DNA of 64,000 nucleotides from an uncultured Chloroflexia bacterium (lineage in GTDB: Bacteria > Chloroflexota > Anaerolineae > B4-G1 > SLSP01). Each line of letters opens with the position of its first letter. Positions within the stretch are counted from its first letter, which is position 1. The stretch is from the NCBI GenBank assembly GCA_963751345.1, contig CAVVUS010000043.1, forward strand, positions 32,001 to 96,000, in the 5' to 3' direction. Shown here in pieces: positions 51,393 through 61,408 of the stretch. The notes beneath the pieces are model-generated. The model ran no database searches and was not told where the DNA came from. It was given only the letters and a program-made list of their open reading frames with translations. A program made the translations under genes and the position numbers.

Positions 51393-52454
51393 ATGCGTGC
51401 GAAAGTAACGATGATTACCGGCGCGGCCGGTGAAGTGGGGCAGGCGCTGATCCAACGCCTGTCAGACCGGTATGCCGACGAGGAACGCCGGAATGGCCGG
51501 AGCGGTATCCAGAGCGACCAACGGCGAATCCTCTCCATGGATCTGAATCCGCTGCCGTCCGATCTGGCTTCAAAGGTCTACCACGTCCAGGGCAGCATTC
51601 TTGATACCGGCTTGCTGGACCGGCTCGTCAGTGAATACGAGATCGAGGAGATCTATCACCTGGCAGCTCTGTTGTCCACACGGGCCGAGTTCTCACCGGA
51701 TGCGGCCCATCGCGTGAACGTAGGTGGCACATTAGGGCTGCTGCACCTTGCCGCACAGCAGTCTGAGTGGCGGGGAGAGCCGGTGCGGTTCCTCTTCCCG
51801 AGCTCCATTGCCGTCTTCGGATTGCCCGATCGCCAGACAAAGCAGACCTATGCTCGTGTTCGCGAGTGGGAATGGAATTACCCAACCACAATGTATGGGT
51901 GTAACAAGCTCTACTGTGAGATGTTGGGCATCTACTTCAGCCGCTACTACCGTCAGCTTGCAGCGGACCGGCCGACCAGTCTTGACTTCCGCTGCGTTCG
52001 ATTCCCCGGACTGATCAGTGCTTTTACCATACCCAGTGGCGGCACCAGCGATTATGGCCCCGAGATGCTGCACGCTGCGGCGCAGCACAAACCTTATGCC
52101 TGTTTCGTACGTGAGGACGTGCGCATTCCGTTTATGGCAATGCCCGACGCCGTCAAGGCTCTGGTCGATCTCGCAAAAGCACCCCGGGAGGCGTTGAGCC
52201 GTCCGGTCTACAACGTCACCAGTTTCAGCCTCTCAGCGGGAGAGTTCCGTGACCGGGTCCTGGGCACCATGCCCGACGCGGATATCACGTACGAGCCCGA
52301 CTTCAAACGGGAGCGGATCGTGGATAGCTGGCCTGCCGATCTGGATGACAGCGCGGCGCGACGTGATTGGGGCTGGCAGCCTGACTATGACGCGGACAGG
52401 GCCTTCTCTGAGTATCTTGTCCCCAATATCCGGCAGCAGTATCGCCGGGAATAG
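51393..52454 (+). CDS. NAD-dependent epimerase/dehydratase (L-threonine 3-dehydrogenase-like SDR)
   Basis: TGAAGEVG, HLAALLS, PSSIA, YGCNK, GGTSDY, DSWP. Confidence 0.85.
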   Translation: MRAKVTMITGAAGEVGQALIQRLSDRYADEERRNGRSGIQSDQRRILSMDLNPLPSDLASKVYHVQGSILDTGLLDRLVSEYEIEEIYHLAALLSTRAEFSPDAAHRVNVGGTLGLLHLAAQQSEWRGEPVRFLFPSSIAVFGLPDRQTKQTYARVREWEWNYPTTMYGCNKLYCEMLGIYFSRYYRQLAADRPTSLDFRCVRFPGLISAFTIPSGGTSDYGPEMLHAAAQHKPYACFVREDVRIPFMAMPDAVKALVDLAKAPREALSRPVYNVTSFSLSAGEFRDRVLGTMPDADITYEPDFKRERIVDSWPADLDDSAARRDWGWQPDYDADRAFSEYLVPNIRQQYRRE

Positions 52455-52475
52455 GCGCAAAACGGAAAGCCGAAG

Positions 52476-53105
52476 CTAGAAGAGGGAGAGTTGCTCGACA
52501 TCCGGAGGCGGCGTGTACGTCTCCGGTTCGAGCTTCCCATCAAGCAGATCCCGCAACAGGGAGAAATCCGCCTCTACGACGCTGCGCAGGCTGGGCTGGT
52601 GGAGTGCCGCTGCCGGGTGATACATCGGGAAGTAGACTTGGTTCGTCGCACTCTCCGAGCCCGCCACAATGCGTGCCTGCCCATGCACCTGGGAGATTTT
52701 CTCATCGGGGAATGCGCGCGCCATAGAATGCCGCCCCAGCGTCACGATTACCTTTGGGCTGATGATCTCGATCTGCCGATCCAGATAGTGCTTGCAGGCC
52801 TCGACTTCCTCAACCTGAGGATCACGATTGCCCGGAGGCCGGCACTTGATCACGTTGGTGATGAATACCCGCTTCCGATCGATCTCGGACTTTTCCAGCA
52901 AATCGTTAAGGAATCGGCCGGCAGCACCTACGAACGGAATCCCCTGCTGGTCTTCGTGAAAGCCCGGGGCCTCCCCAATGAACATGATCAGCGCATCCAC
53001 CGGGCCATCACCGGGTACGGCATGCGTCCGGCCAATATGCAGCGGGCACTGCGTGCAAGAACGTATCTGTGTATGAAGTGCCTGCAACTCTTTCTCTCGA
53101 TCCAT
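52476..53105 (-). CDS. Uracil-DNA glycosylase, family 4
   Basis: CTQC, GEAPG, PFVG, KCRPP, HPAA. Confidence 0.93.
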   Translation of the reverse strand: MDREKELQALHTQIRSCTQCPLHIGRTHAVPGDGPVDALIMFIGEAPGFHEDQQGIPFVGAAGRFLNDLLEKSEIDRKRVFITNVIKCRPPGNRDPQVEEVEACKHYLDRQIEIISPKVIVTLGRHSMARAFPDEKISQVHGQARIVAGSESATNQVYFPMYHPAAALHQPSLRSVVEADFSLLRDLLDGKLEPETYTPPPDVEQLSLF

Positions 53106-53110
53106 CCTAC

Positions 53111-53740
53111 CTACTCCTTCCCACCCCGACCATCGCGATCTATCCACTGAATCCCCAGCTCGCTCAACAACAATGAGAGTTGCTCCTGCACGCGGCTCCT
53201 ATAGCCGGCATCACCTGCGACTTCGACCTGCATGAGATACGCATCCTCACCATTGGCGTAATATCGTCGTAGATGGGAGTGCTGCAGAAACTGCCACTTT
53301 GTATAGAGTCTTTGCGCCACTTCGTTGGAGACGCGAACTTCCAGCCCGATGATATGAGCACCGTCACGAATTGCTTGATCCACGGCAACCAGCAGAAGGA
53401 GTTCCCCCAGTCTCTGGCCCCGCCATCCGGCATGCACCGCCAGCGTGCTAATGTGGCCCCGAGTTCCCTCGACCCTCATCCCCACAAACCCCACCAAGCG
53501 TGCGACGTGCCTTCGGCGATGCGTGGTCCACGTCTTGGCTTGCAGCGGGTCGGGCTGCTCCAAGACGAAATAATGAGCCGAGGGATTGAAGTAGATCTCC
53601 TGGACGTAAGCGGACTCAGGCCAAGAATCTTGAAAGACCTGGCGATCCAGCGACACGACTGAGGGGATGTCTCGCCCCTCCATAGACCGAATGCGGAGAC
53701 CCTCCACTCGGGGCCGGCAAGTGTCTTCCACTTCGCTCAT
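53111..53740 (-). CDS. rimI: Ribosomal protein S18 alanine N-acetyltransferase
   Basis: HISTLAVH, RGQRLG, LEVRVSN, RRYY, EDAYLM; follows tsaB. Confidence 0.9.
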   Translation of the reverse strand: MSEVEDTCRPRVEGLRIRSMEGRDIPSVVSLDRQVFQDSWPESAYVQEIYFNPSAHYFVLEQPDPLQAKTWTTHRRRHVARLVGFVGMRVEGTRGHISTLAVHAGWRGQRLGELLLLVAVDQAIRDGAHIIGLEVRVSNEVAQRLYTKWQFLQHSHLRRYYANGEDAYLMQVEVAGDAGYRSRVQEQLSLLLSELGIQWIDRDGRGGKE

Positions 53741-54387
53741 CGAGCATAAAGTGGCAGCAGCGCAGAGGGGGCATCGACCTGATTTGCTCGAAGGCGCCGC
53801 CAGGCGATATCGGCAAGGTAGCCCGCCCGGCGCAGATGAAGAGCCGGCGGAGGTATCTCAACCCGACCATACAGGGGGCGCAGCGCTTCGCGGCCCGTAG
53901 CCCCAATCTCGCCGACCACGGTGCACGGGAGTTCTAACCTGGCAGCGAATTGCTGCCAGGTGCCTACCTGCACACCGGTCTCGGGGCGCCAGGATTCATC
54001 CTGCCACCGGTAACGTGCGTAACCGACGCGTTTTCGACCCGCGGCAAACGTCGGGTAGAGTGGACGCTCGTCACCGGGCTGCGCGAGCGCCAGGATATCC
54101 AGCGTCGTGACACCCACAAGCGGCAACTTCCGCGCCGAGGCCAGCCCCTTTGCGACGGACACACCGATCCGGACACCGGTGAAAGATCCCGGCCCGATGC
54201 AGACACCCACCGCCGTAATGTCCGCCGGTGTGATGCCGGAGGACGCCAGAAGCTGGACGACGCGTGGAAGGAGCGTGACCGTATGGCGATTCGCTGATTC
54301 CCACGTGCATTCCGCGCGAAGGGCTGTACCATCGTGCAGCGCAATGCTCGCACGCTGGGTTGCAGTGTCAATAGCAAGTAGCATCAC
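53737..54387 (-). CDS. tsaB: t6A biosynthesis protein TsaB
   Basis: LAIDTAT, GPGSFTGVRIG, PLY. Confidence 0.93.
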   Translation of the reverse strand: MMLLAIDTATQRASIALHDGTALRAECTWESANRHTVTLLPRVVQLLASSGITPADITAVGVCIGPGSFTGVRIGVSVAKGLASARKLPLVGVTTLDILALAQPGDERPLYPTFAAGRKRVGYARYRWQDESWRPETGVQVGTWQQFAARLELPCTVVGEIGATGREALRPLYGRVEIPPPALHLRRAGYLADIAWRRLRANQVDAPSALLPLYAR

Positions 54388-54887
54388 AGACCTAAGATCT
54401 CCTGTCGAAACTCTTCTAAGATCGCTTGATGATGCTCTCCCTGTGCCTGAAAGACCAAGGATCGGCGGTACTCATCAAGCATGCGAAGATGGATCCATAG
54501 CCGCTCGCCAGGAAAAAGCCCCGCATGGCGTTCGGGCCACTCGACGAGACAGACCGTATCTATGTTGCCGATGATCTCGTCGAGCCCCAGCATGTCGATC
54601 TCGGCCATTGAGTTCAGCCGGTAGAGGTCAATATGATAGAGGACAAGCGGATCCTGATGGCGGCGATGGCGGCGTATCAAGACGTAGGTTGGGCTCACCA
54701 GCCGGCTTGTGGACCCCCAGCCCATCCCCACCCCTTGGGCAAGGACCGTTTTCCCTGCCCCTAGGTCTCCCTCCAACGCCACGATATCACCGCCGTTAAG
54801 GTGCCGTCCAAGGCGAGCGCCAAGGCGCAGGGTCTGTTCGGGGCTGCGACTGATGAACTCAAGTGTATCTTTGGTCAGGATTGGCAT
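54384..54887 (-). CDS. tsaE: t6A biosynthesis ATPase TsaE
   Basis: GDLGAGKT, SPTY, HIDLYRL, VEWP. Confidence 0.95.
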   Translation of the reverse strand: MPILTKDTLEFISRSPEQTLRLGARLGRHLNGGDIVALEGDLGAGKTVLAQGVGMGWGSTSRLVSPTYVLIRRHRRHQDPLVLYHIDLYRLNSMAEIDMLGLDEIIGNIDTVCLVEWPERHAGLFPGERLWIHLRMLDEYRRSLVFQAQGEHHQAILEEFRQEILGL

Positions 54888-54974
54888 GGGTTATCCGCGA
54901 GCGCTCTCGATGGCACACGTTGTCGCCATTATACACCAAGCAAGCAGACTTCCCACGCTACCCGCTCTCCACCG

Positions 54975-57516
54975 CTACTTAGTCACGTAACGAAGCAACC
55001 GGATCGCCGCATGCTTGGCGCCGGGCTCACTCTCCCCGGTCGGTCCCACGCACGAAGGACAGCCATCCGCACACGAACAGCCCTCGGCCCTTTCCAGCGC
55101 CACGTGGGCCAACTCAGGCCAAAGATCCACCAGCCGGGGCGCAAGCCCGACGCCACCCGGCACAGCATCGTAGACGATGATCGCCGGTTGGCCGCTCTCG
55201 GCGTCCCGAGCCTCGACCGAGGTACCCAGGTCGCCGGGATCACACATCAGGAAGACCGGGGCCAGATGGCGCAGGAGATGGGCCATCCCGCTCAAAGCAG
55301 TTCTGGCTCCCCGGGCTCTCTCCACGATCCGGTGGCAGACGGGACAGAGCGTGATTAGGTTCTCCGGGGCGTGGGCCAAACGCAACGCCATCGCCCGTGC
55401 ATACTGCGACATAAACGTCCGCAACGGTGTCAGGTGATGGACCTCCAGGGGGCGTTCCGGCAGACCGGGCTGCCCACAGAGTCGGCAGCGATGGCCGTCC
55501 CGGGTCAGCATCCGGTTACGTATCTCCGGCCACTCCGGGCCATAGTCCAGGGGCGCGACCATCACTCCCTCGTCGGCCAGGGCCTCCACCACAGCAGCGT
55601 CCAGTGTCAATCGGAAAGCCTCGGTCTCCATCTGCTGCTCGGGCAGATGGATTTCCCCCCAACCAAGGGTTTCGTGCGATCCGAGGTGGACGCGGCGATA
55701 GGCAGTCGGTCGGGTATAGACCATCACCTCCTCGTCGGTCCGGGCGACACCTTCTTCGTAGCCATCACCTGCCGGGAGCCTGCGCCGCAGGAGGCGTCGC
55801 TCCACCTTGGTCGTCGCTGAAGCTACGGTGTAGTAATCCAGATCAACGGCCCGGCCATAGGCCACCCCTTGCTCCCAGTCCAGCGACTCAATTAGGTAGG
55901 GCGCCGCACCGTGGAAGTACACGGCGCCCTCGTGGACCAAACGTGGTGCGCTGGGACGATCCACAATGCCGATCACACCCTCATCGGTCACGCGGACCAC
56001 AATGTTGTCGGGTGTCGCACTGCGCAGCGAGACCATCTGCGCCGGATACGTTTCGCCGACCCAAGTAAACTGATCCTGACTGCGGTGCAGCATGCCTTCT
56101 GCGGATAAGGCATCCAGGAGATTCTCGACGCTCATCTGACCGCCGAAGCGCTCGTCATGCTGGAAGGGCAGTTCGAATGCTGCGCACGTCACGTGGGAGG
56201 CCAGGAGGCTCAGCGTGTTGGGGTTCACCCGCGCCTCCTCCGGCGAGCGACCGAAGAAATACTCCGGATGCGCGACCACGTACTGATCCAACGGCGCCGG
56301 GGTAGCGACCATCACCGAGAGCGAGGCCCCGGCCCTTCGACCCGCTCGCCCCATCTGCTGCCGCGTGCCGGCAATAGTCCCCGGGTAGCCCACGAGCACA
56401 GAAGCGTCAAGGTCTCCAATGTCGATGCCAAGTTCTAGCGCATTCGTCGCAATCACCACACGCACCTGCCCCGTCCGCAGCCCGAGCTCGATGTCGCGAC
56501 GCTCGTGAGGAAGATAACCACCACGATATCCCCGGACGACCTCGGGGTCGTATCCCAGATGTTCGGCCCGCGCCCGCATCTCTCTCAGGAGGAGTTCCAC
56601 CGACAGCCGCGAACGCGCGAAGACGATCGTCTGTACGTCGGCCTGGAGCAAGCGCGTGGTAAGGTGACAGCGCCTCGTCGGTCGCGCTGGCGCGTAGCCC
56701 TAACGTGGGATTCAGAAGGGGCGGATTGTAGAAAATGACGTGACGTGTGCCATAGGGCGCCCCATCCTCCTCCACCGCGGCCACCGGGCTCTCCCATAGA
56801 GCTTCAGCCAACTCCCGGGCGTTGGAGATCGTAGCCGAGGCTGCCAGACACTGCGGGCCGGCACCGTAGAATCCGGCCACGCGTCGCAGTCGCCGCATCA
56901 CGTTCGCTACGTGGCTGCCGAAGACGCCTCGATAGACGTGGAGTTCGTCAAGGACCACATAACGCAACCCCTGGAAGAAACGCATCCATTGGGTGTGGTG
57001 GGGCAGGATCCCCAGATGCACCATGTCGGGGTTCGAGATCAGGATCCGCGCTTCTTTCCGGATCGCCGAGCGCAGACGTTGGGGGGTATCCCCATCGTAG
57101 GGGCGCAGTGCAATTGGAGCGTTCAGCGCGCCAATCCATCGCTCGATCGCCGTCATCTGGTCGTGCGCCAGCGCCTTGGTGGGATAGAGCAAAAGGGCAG
57201 TTGCCTTGGGATCGCGAAGCAGCGCGTGCAAGACAGGCAGGACATATCCGAGCGTCTTGCCCGAAGCCGTTCCCGTGGCCAGGACCACATTCTCTCCGCG
57301 CAGTACCGCGTCAATCGCGGCCGCCTGATGCGTGTAGAGCGACCTTATACCCAGTGAGGAGGCCGCTGTCCGCAGCCGTGGATCTAGGGTTGCAGGCCAC
57401 TGACTGGTAAGCGCGGGGCGCTTCGGGAGCGTCTGCCAGGCGGTCACATTGCGAATGAAACGCGGATCGGCTTGCTGGCGGGCCAGCAGGGATTCCAGGC
57501 GGTCTCGGGCCTCCAT
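54975..57516 (-). CDS. Hrq1/YprA/MrfA-family DEAH helicase (DUF1998) with inserted HNH domain (frameshift near 56663)
   Basis: TGTASGKT, PTKALA, DELH, SAT, TNALELGIDIG, QQMGRAGR; C-terminal C-x-C-x3-CPSC. Confidence 0.9.
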
Positions 57517-57526
57517 AGGATGCGGG

Positions 57527-58777
57527 CTACTCCCCTCCTGCAGGCGTCGCTGCGAATCTCCGCAACGCAAGCGGAATCCCGATAAGCGAGGAGAGCGAGA
57601 CCAGGATCAGCGTCGACTCGAAGAGTACTCCAAAGCCGGCAGCCAATCCCCCGGCCGTCGCGTTCGTAGTCGACCACGCAAGTCCCCCTACACTCAAGAT
57701 CACGTTGAGGTTCCACAGACCATGGAAGGTGACGGCGCCCAGGTAGGCAAGCGGCAGCACCCACCGGCGTCCCCGCCAGAAAGCACCCCACCCTAGCCCG
57801 AGCAAGCCACTGGCCGCACAGTGCATGCCGGTGGCGAAAAACCGAACCCCGGCGGCCCCCAACCACCCGGTGGTCCCACCGATACCAATCGCGCCATTGG
57901 AGACGCCCTCAAGCCACGCGAATCCGAGACCGCACGCAACACCCCAGACAAACGACGCGATGACCGATGGCCTGACCCAAATCCCGATGACGCCCATCAC
58001 CAGCGTCTTCCCAAACTCCTCGATCAGCGGCGCAATCACGGAAAGAGACAGCACCAAGGTGATGATGACCATCGGCGAGGCAATAACCCCCACAAGCTCC
58101 GCGGGATCGGTGGGGGGATGGACGGACCATTGCTGGGCCAGAGCCCTCAGCCGGTCGAATCTGTGCAGAGCCGCCGGGAAGCAGCAACGTCACGACCGCT
58201 CCGATAGCGCCGCTGGCCACCAGACCGGCAATCTCCACAGGCACGGCTAGAAGAACCGTCGACGCACCACCGGCGAGCAACACAACCAGCCGGCGGAGGG
58301 ATGGCGCACCCTTTGGGCCTGCAGCCAGCGTCACAAGCGAGAAAAGAAACAGCCCCGGAAAGAGGATCAAAGCGTAATGGAACGGCGCAAAGAGCGGCCG
58401 GCTTTGGAGATCCTGCGGCAGCAACGCACCGATCACGCCGGCGACGATGCTCAACAGAAGGAAGACGAACCACGCTCGCTTCGCAGAGAATCGCCGAGAA
58501 GGGCGGGCACGCCATCCTCTACGACCCGCGATGGAGAGACCTATGCCTAACGTCATCGAGATCAGGCCGTAACCTGCGATGACGACGGCAAAGGACTGCA
58601 GACTGGCGGTGAACACAACCGGCAGCACTGCCAACACGAGGCCCAACCCCGACAGGCCCACCCCAACCAGAAAAACCGCGATCCAAAGCCGAGCGGGGCG
58701 CAGTACCTGCAGGGGTCGGCACGAGATCCGATGGCAGCGGAGATATCGACGACCCGAGCCGGGGGATAGGATGTCAA
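57527..58777 (-). CDS. PrsW family intramembrane metalloprotease (frameshifted)
   Basis: APLIEEFGK, GLGFAWLE, MH, FHGLWN; TTG start after GAGGGAG is tentative. Confidence 0.78.
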
Positions 58778-58913
58778 GCGCGAGCTCCCTCTAAGAAGAG
58801 AGGGGGAACAGAGCTATGCCTTCCGGAATTGCGTCCTTCGACGCACAGAACCCGGACGCTCACCTCTGCTCCCCCTCACATTCGGTCCGACGCAATGACG
58901 CGAGAGTCAGCTT

Positions 58914-58942
58914 CCGGAGTGAGGTTGTTCAACTCACTCCGG
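58914..58942 (-). terminator. Stem-loop downstream of the DsbA-cyclophilin gene
   Basis: CCGGAGTGAG / CTCACTCCGG perfect 10-bp stem; no T tail. Confidence 0.5.
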
Positions 58943-58956
58943 TTCCAAGAACAAGA

Positions 58957-60252
58957 CTACTGAACGGTAACTTCGATCGATTGCACAACGTCAGCCTGTG
59001 GGGCCGACGGGTCACCAACTGCTACTCGCACCAACTGGTCGAGAACGTCCAACCCATCCACAACCTGCCCGACCAAAGCAAACTGACCGTTCAGTTGCGC
59101 TGCATCCGAACCTAGCGTGAAGAAGAACTGCCCGTTCGGAAGCATCCCTAACAGACCAGGGCGATCGAAGGTGCCCTGAGTCTCGCCCTCGCAGTAGTAG
59201 CCGGGATAACCAACCGTCGAATTCGTGGGATCCCCTGTAACGGCGACGAAATTATCGCGCACGTAGAAGAACTCCGAGCCGTCGTACCAGCCCTGTTGGG
59301 CCAGGAAGACAAAGCTATTAACGTTGGCGGGAGCGGACTCTGGCAGAAGGTTGACGGTGAGATCGCCCTTGCTCGTCTTCACCACGGCCTCAATCGTGTT
59401 GTCACTCGTGATGGTCATAGCAGGAGCATCGGGGAAGAAGATCTGATCCTGACTCTGCACGATGGTCAAGAAGGACTCGAGCCCGCCCAGAGATAGGCCG
59501 ATGTCAGACGGGAAGAGAATATTGTCAAAGATGAAACTGGGCGTGCCGGGCAGATTCAAGGCGATGGCCTCATCATACTGGCTCTTTACCTTGTCAGCGT
59601 AGGTGCCATCGTCCAGAGCGGCATTGAAAGCATCCACATCCAGACTCAGATCCTTGGCATAGGAGGTCAGTTCAGCACGAACCTCGTCCATGCTGGCAAG
59701 AGCACTCCATTGCGTGCTATACTCAAAGAGCATATCGTGCATCTGCCAGAACTTGCCCTGCGCACCGGCAGCCTCGGCGGCCTGAGCGGTGATATCCGCA
59801 TACTGATGGAAATCCAGGGGGAAGCTACGATAGACCAGTGCGATGTCAGGATGTTGCTGAATGAACTGGGTCACGATCGGATACATCCCGGCACATCCGG
59901 GGCACTGGAAATCGGCGTATTCATAGAGTACGATCTTGGCATCCTGGAGGCTGGCACCCGTCACCCAATCCGTATCATCCACGGGGCGCACGGGTAACTC
60001 TGGCAGCGGCTGCACCGTACACGTCCCCGGTGCGTCCGGCGCGACGACCGACACCGGCTCGTTCGGGTCTCCGGTCGGCTGCGGCTGCGGCGTACTAAGG
60101 TCCGCAGTAGGATCGGCCGGGGCGGCCGTAGAGGCTGAGGTCGGCGGCGGAGCAGTCGTCGGCGACGGAGTTGTCGTTCCTGGGTTGCAGGCCGCTAGCA
60201 ACAATATAAAGGCCAACCCAAGGGTCGGCAACTTTCGGGTAAGTGATCTCAT
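58957..60252 (-). CDS. Lipoprotein: DsbA-like thioredoxin fused to a cyclophilin-like domain
   Basis: Lipobox LAAC; DFQCPGC, GTP cis-Pro loop; APANVNSFVFLA...GDP...GQFFFT. Confidence 0.85.
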   Translation of the reverse strand: MRSLTRKLPTLGLAFILLLAACNPGTTTPSPTTAPPPTSASTAAPADPTADLSTPQPQPTGDPNEPVSVVAPDAPGTCTVQPLPELPVRPVDDTDWVTGASLQDAKIVLYEYADFQCPGCAGMYPIVTQFIQQHPDIALVYRSFPLDFHQYADITAQAAEAAGAQGKFWQMHDMLFEYSTQWSALASMDEVRAELTSYAKDLSLDVDAFNAALDDGTYADKVKSQYDEAIALNLPGTPSFIFDNILFPSDIGLSLGGLESFLTIVQSQDQIFFPDAPAMTITSDNTIEAVVKTSKGDLTVNLLPESAPANVNSFVFLAQQGWYDGSEFFYVRDNFVAVTGDPTNSTVGYPGYYCEGETQGTFDRPGLLGMLPNGQFFFTLGSDAAQLNGQFALVGQVVDGLDVLDQLVRVAVGDPSAPQADVVQSIEVTVQ

Positions 60253-60326
60253 CGTGTAGGCTCCTGTTCACCTAATGTGATGCGGATTGTACCAGGTAAT
60301 ATCGCGGGATCAACAATCTGATGCTA

Positions 60327-61408
60327 TCACTCTCTGGCGAGAGGTGTTTCGTCACGCTTGTGTTTGCGTGCAGGGCTGGCTTGCGGAGCGTCCAGCACCG
60401 ACCAGAAGGGAGCACGTTCTAGGCGCCACAGGGCGACAAGCCCGACTGCAGCAACAAATCCCCCTACAAGATAACCCTCGACGATGGATGCTTGTGTCAC
60501 GAAGATCGCCAGTAACCCTGAACATGAAAGCGACGATGTAGAGGAGAAATACCGCCTCACGTCGTGTGAATCCGGCATACGTGAGCCGGTGGGAGGTGTG
60601 ATCGGTCCCCGGGGTGGAAAGTGGGTTCAGCCCACGTCGCAATCGAGAGATGGTGACCAGGGTAGTGTCAAAGATCGGCACGCCCAGAACCAGTAGCGGG
60701 ATCATCCAGGTCACAAAGGGAACGTTGTCCGGGAACCGTAGCTTGATACCAAGGGAGGCCAACGTGAAGCCAAGGAAAAGGCTGCCGGAATCGCCCATGA
60801 AAATGGTCGCTGGATTCCAATTGTAGATAAGAAACCCGATGCACGCTGCCATGACGGCGACGGCGAGCGCGCCTACCAAGTACTGACCGCTGAGCGCACA
60901 CAAGATAGAGAAGTGCGCTGCGGCGATCGCTGCAATGCCTGCGGACAGCCCATCCATATTGTCCAACAGGTTCATAGCGTTGGTGATGCCAACCACCCAC
61001 AGCACGGTAACTGCCAGGTTCAGGAGATGATAGGGGAACACCTGGACGGTAACACCCGTTAGTAGCGAGCAGGCCCGCCGCGAGCAGCTGTCCTGCAAGT
61101 TTGATACCTGCTCCCAGGTGATATCGATCGTCCCAAAAGCCCAGGAAGGAGACGAGGGTTGCCCCGACCAGGATGCCACTCAGTTCGTTGAAGATCCCCC
61201 GGAGAAGGATGGCTGCCGCCAGCGTGCTCAAGAATATGGCGATGCCCCCCATCCGGGGCGTGGGCACGGTATGAACCTTTCGCGTCGCATCCGGCTGATC
61301 CATGATCTGCCATCGTAAGCCGAGTTTCCGCGCCAGCGGGGTGCCAAGCACTGCCAGACACAGCACCCCGACAAAGACGACCAGGTAGGTCTCGATGTCC
61401 GGAATCAT
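60327..61408 (-). CDS. WecA/TagO (MraY family) sugar-1-phosphate transferase (two frameshifts)
   Basis: RKVH...[34 protein letters not shown]. Confidence 0.9.

Noticed and set aside
58800-58880. SRP (4.5S) RNA
   Set aside because: Lacks the conserved helix 8 CAGG...GGAA...AGCAG motif
9439-61408. Programmed frameshifting or mass pseudogenisation
   Set aside because: No shared slippery motif; breaks are scattered +1 insertions in unrelated genes, including conserved ones such as htpG
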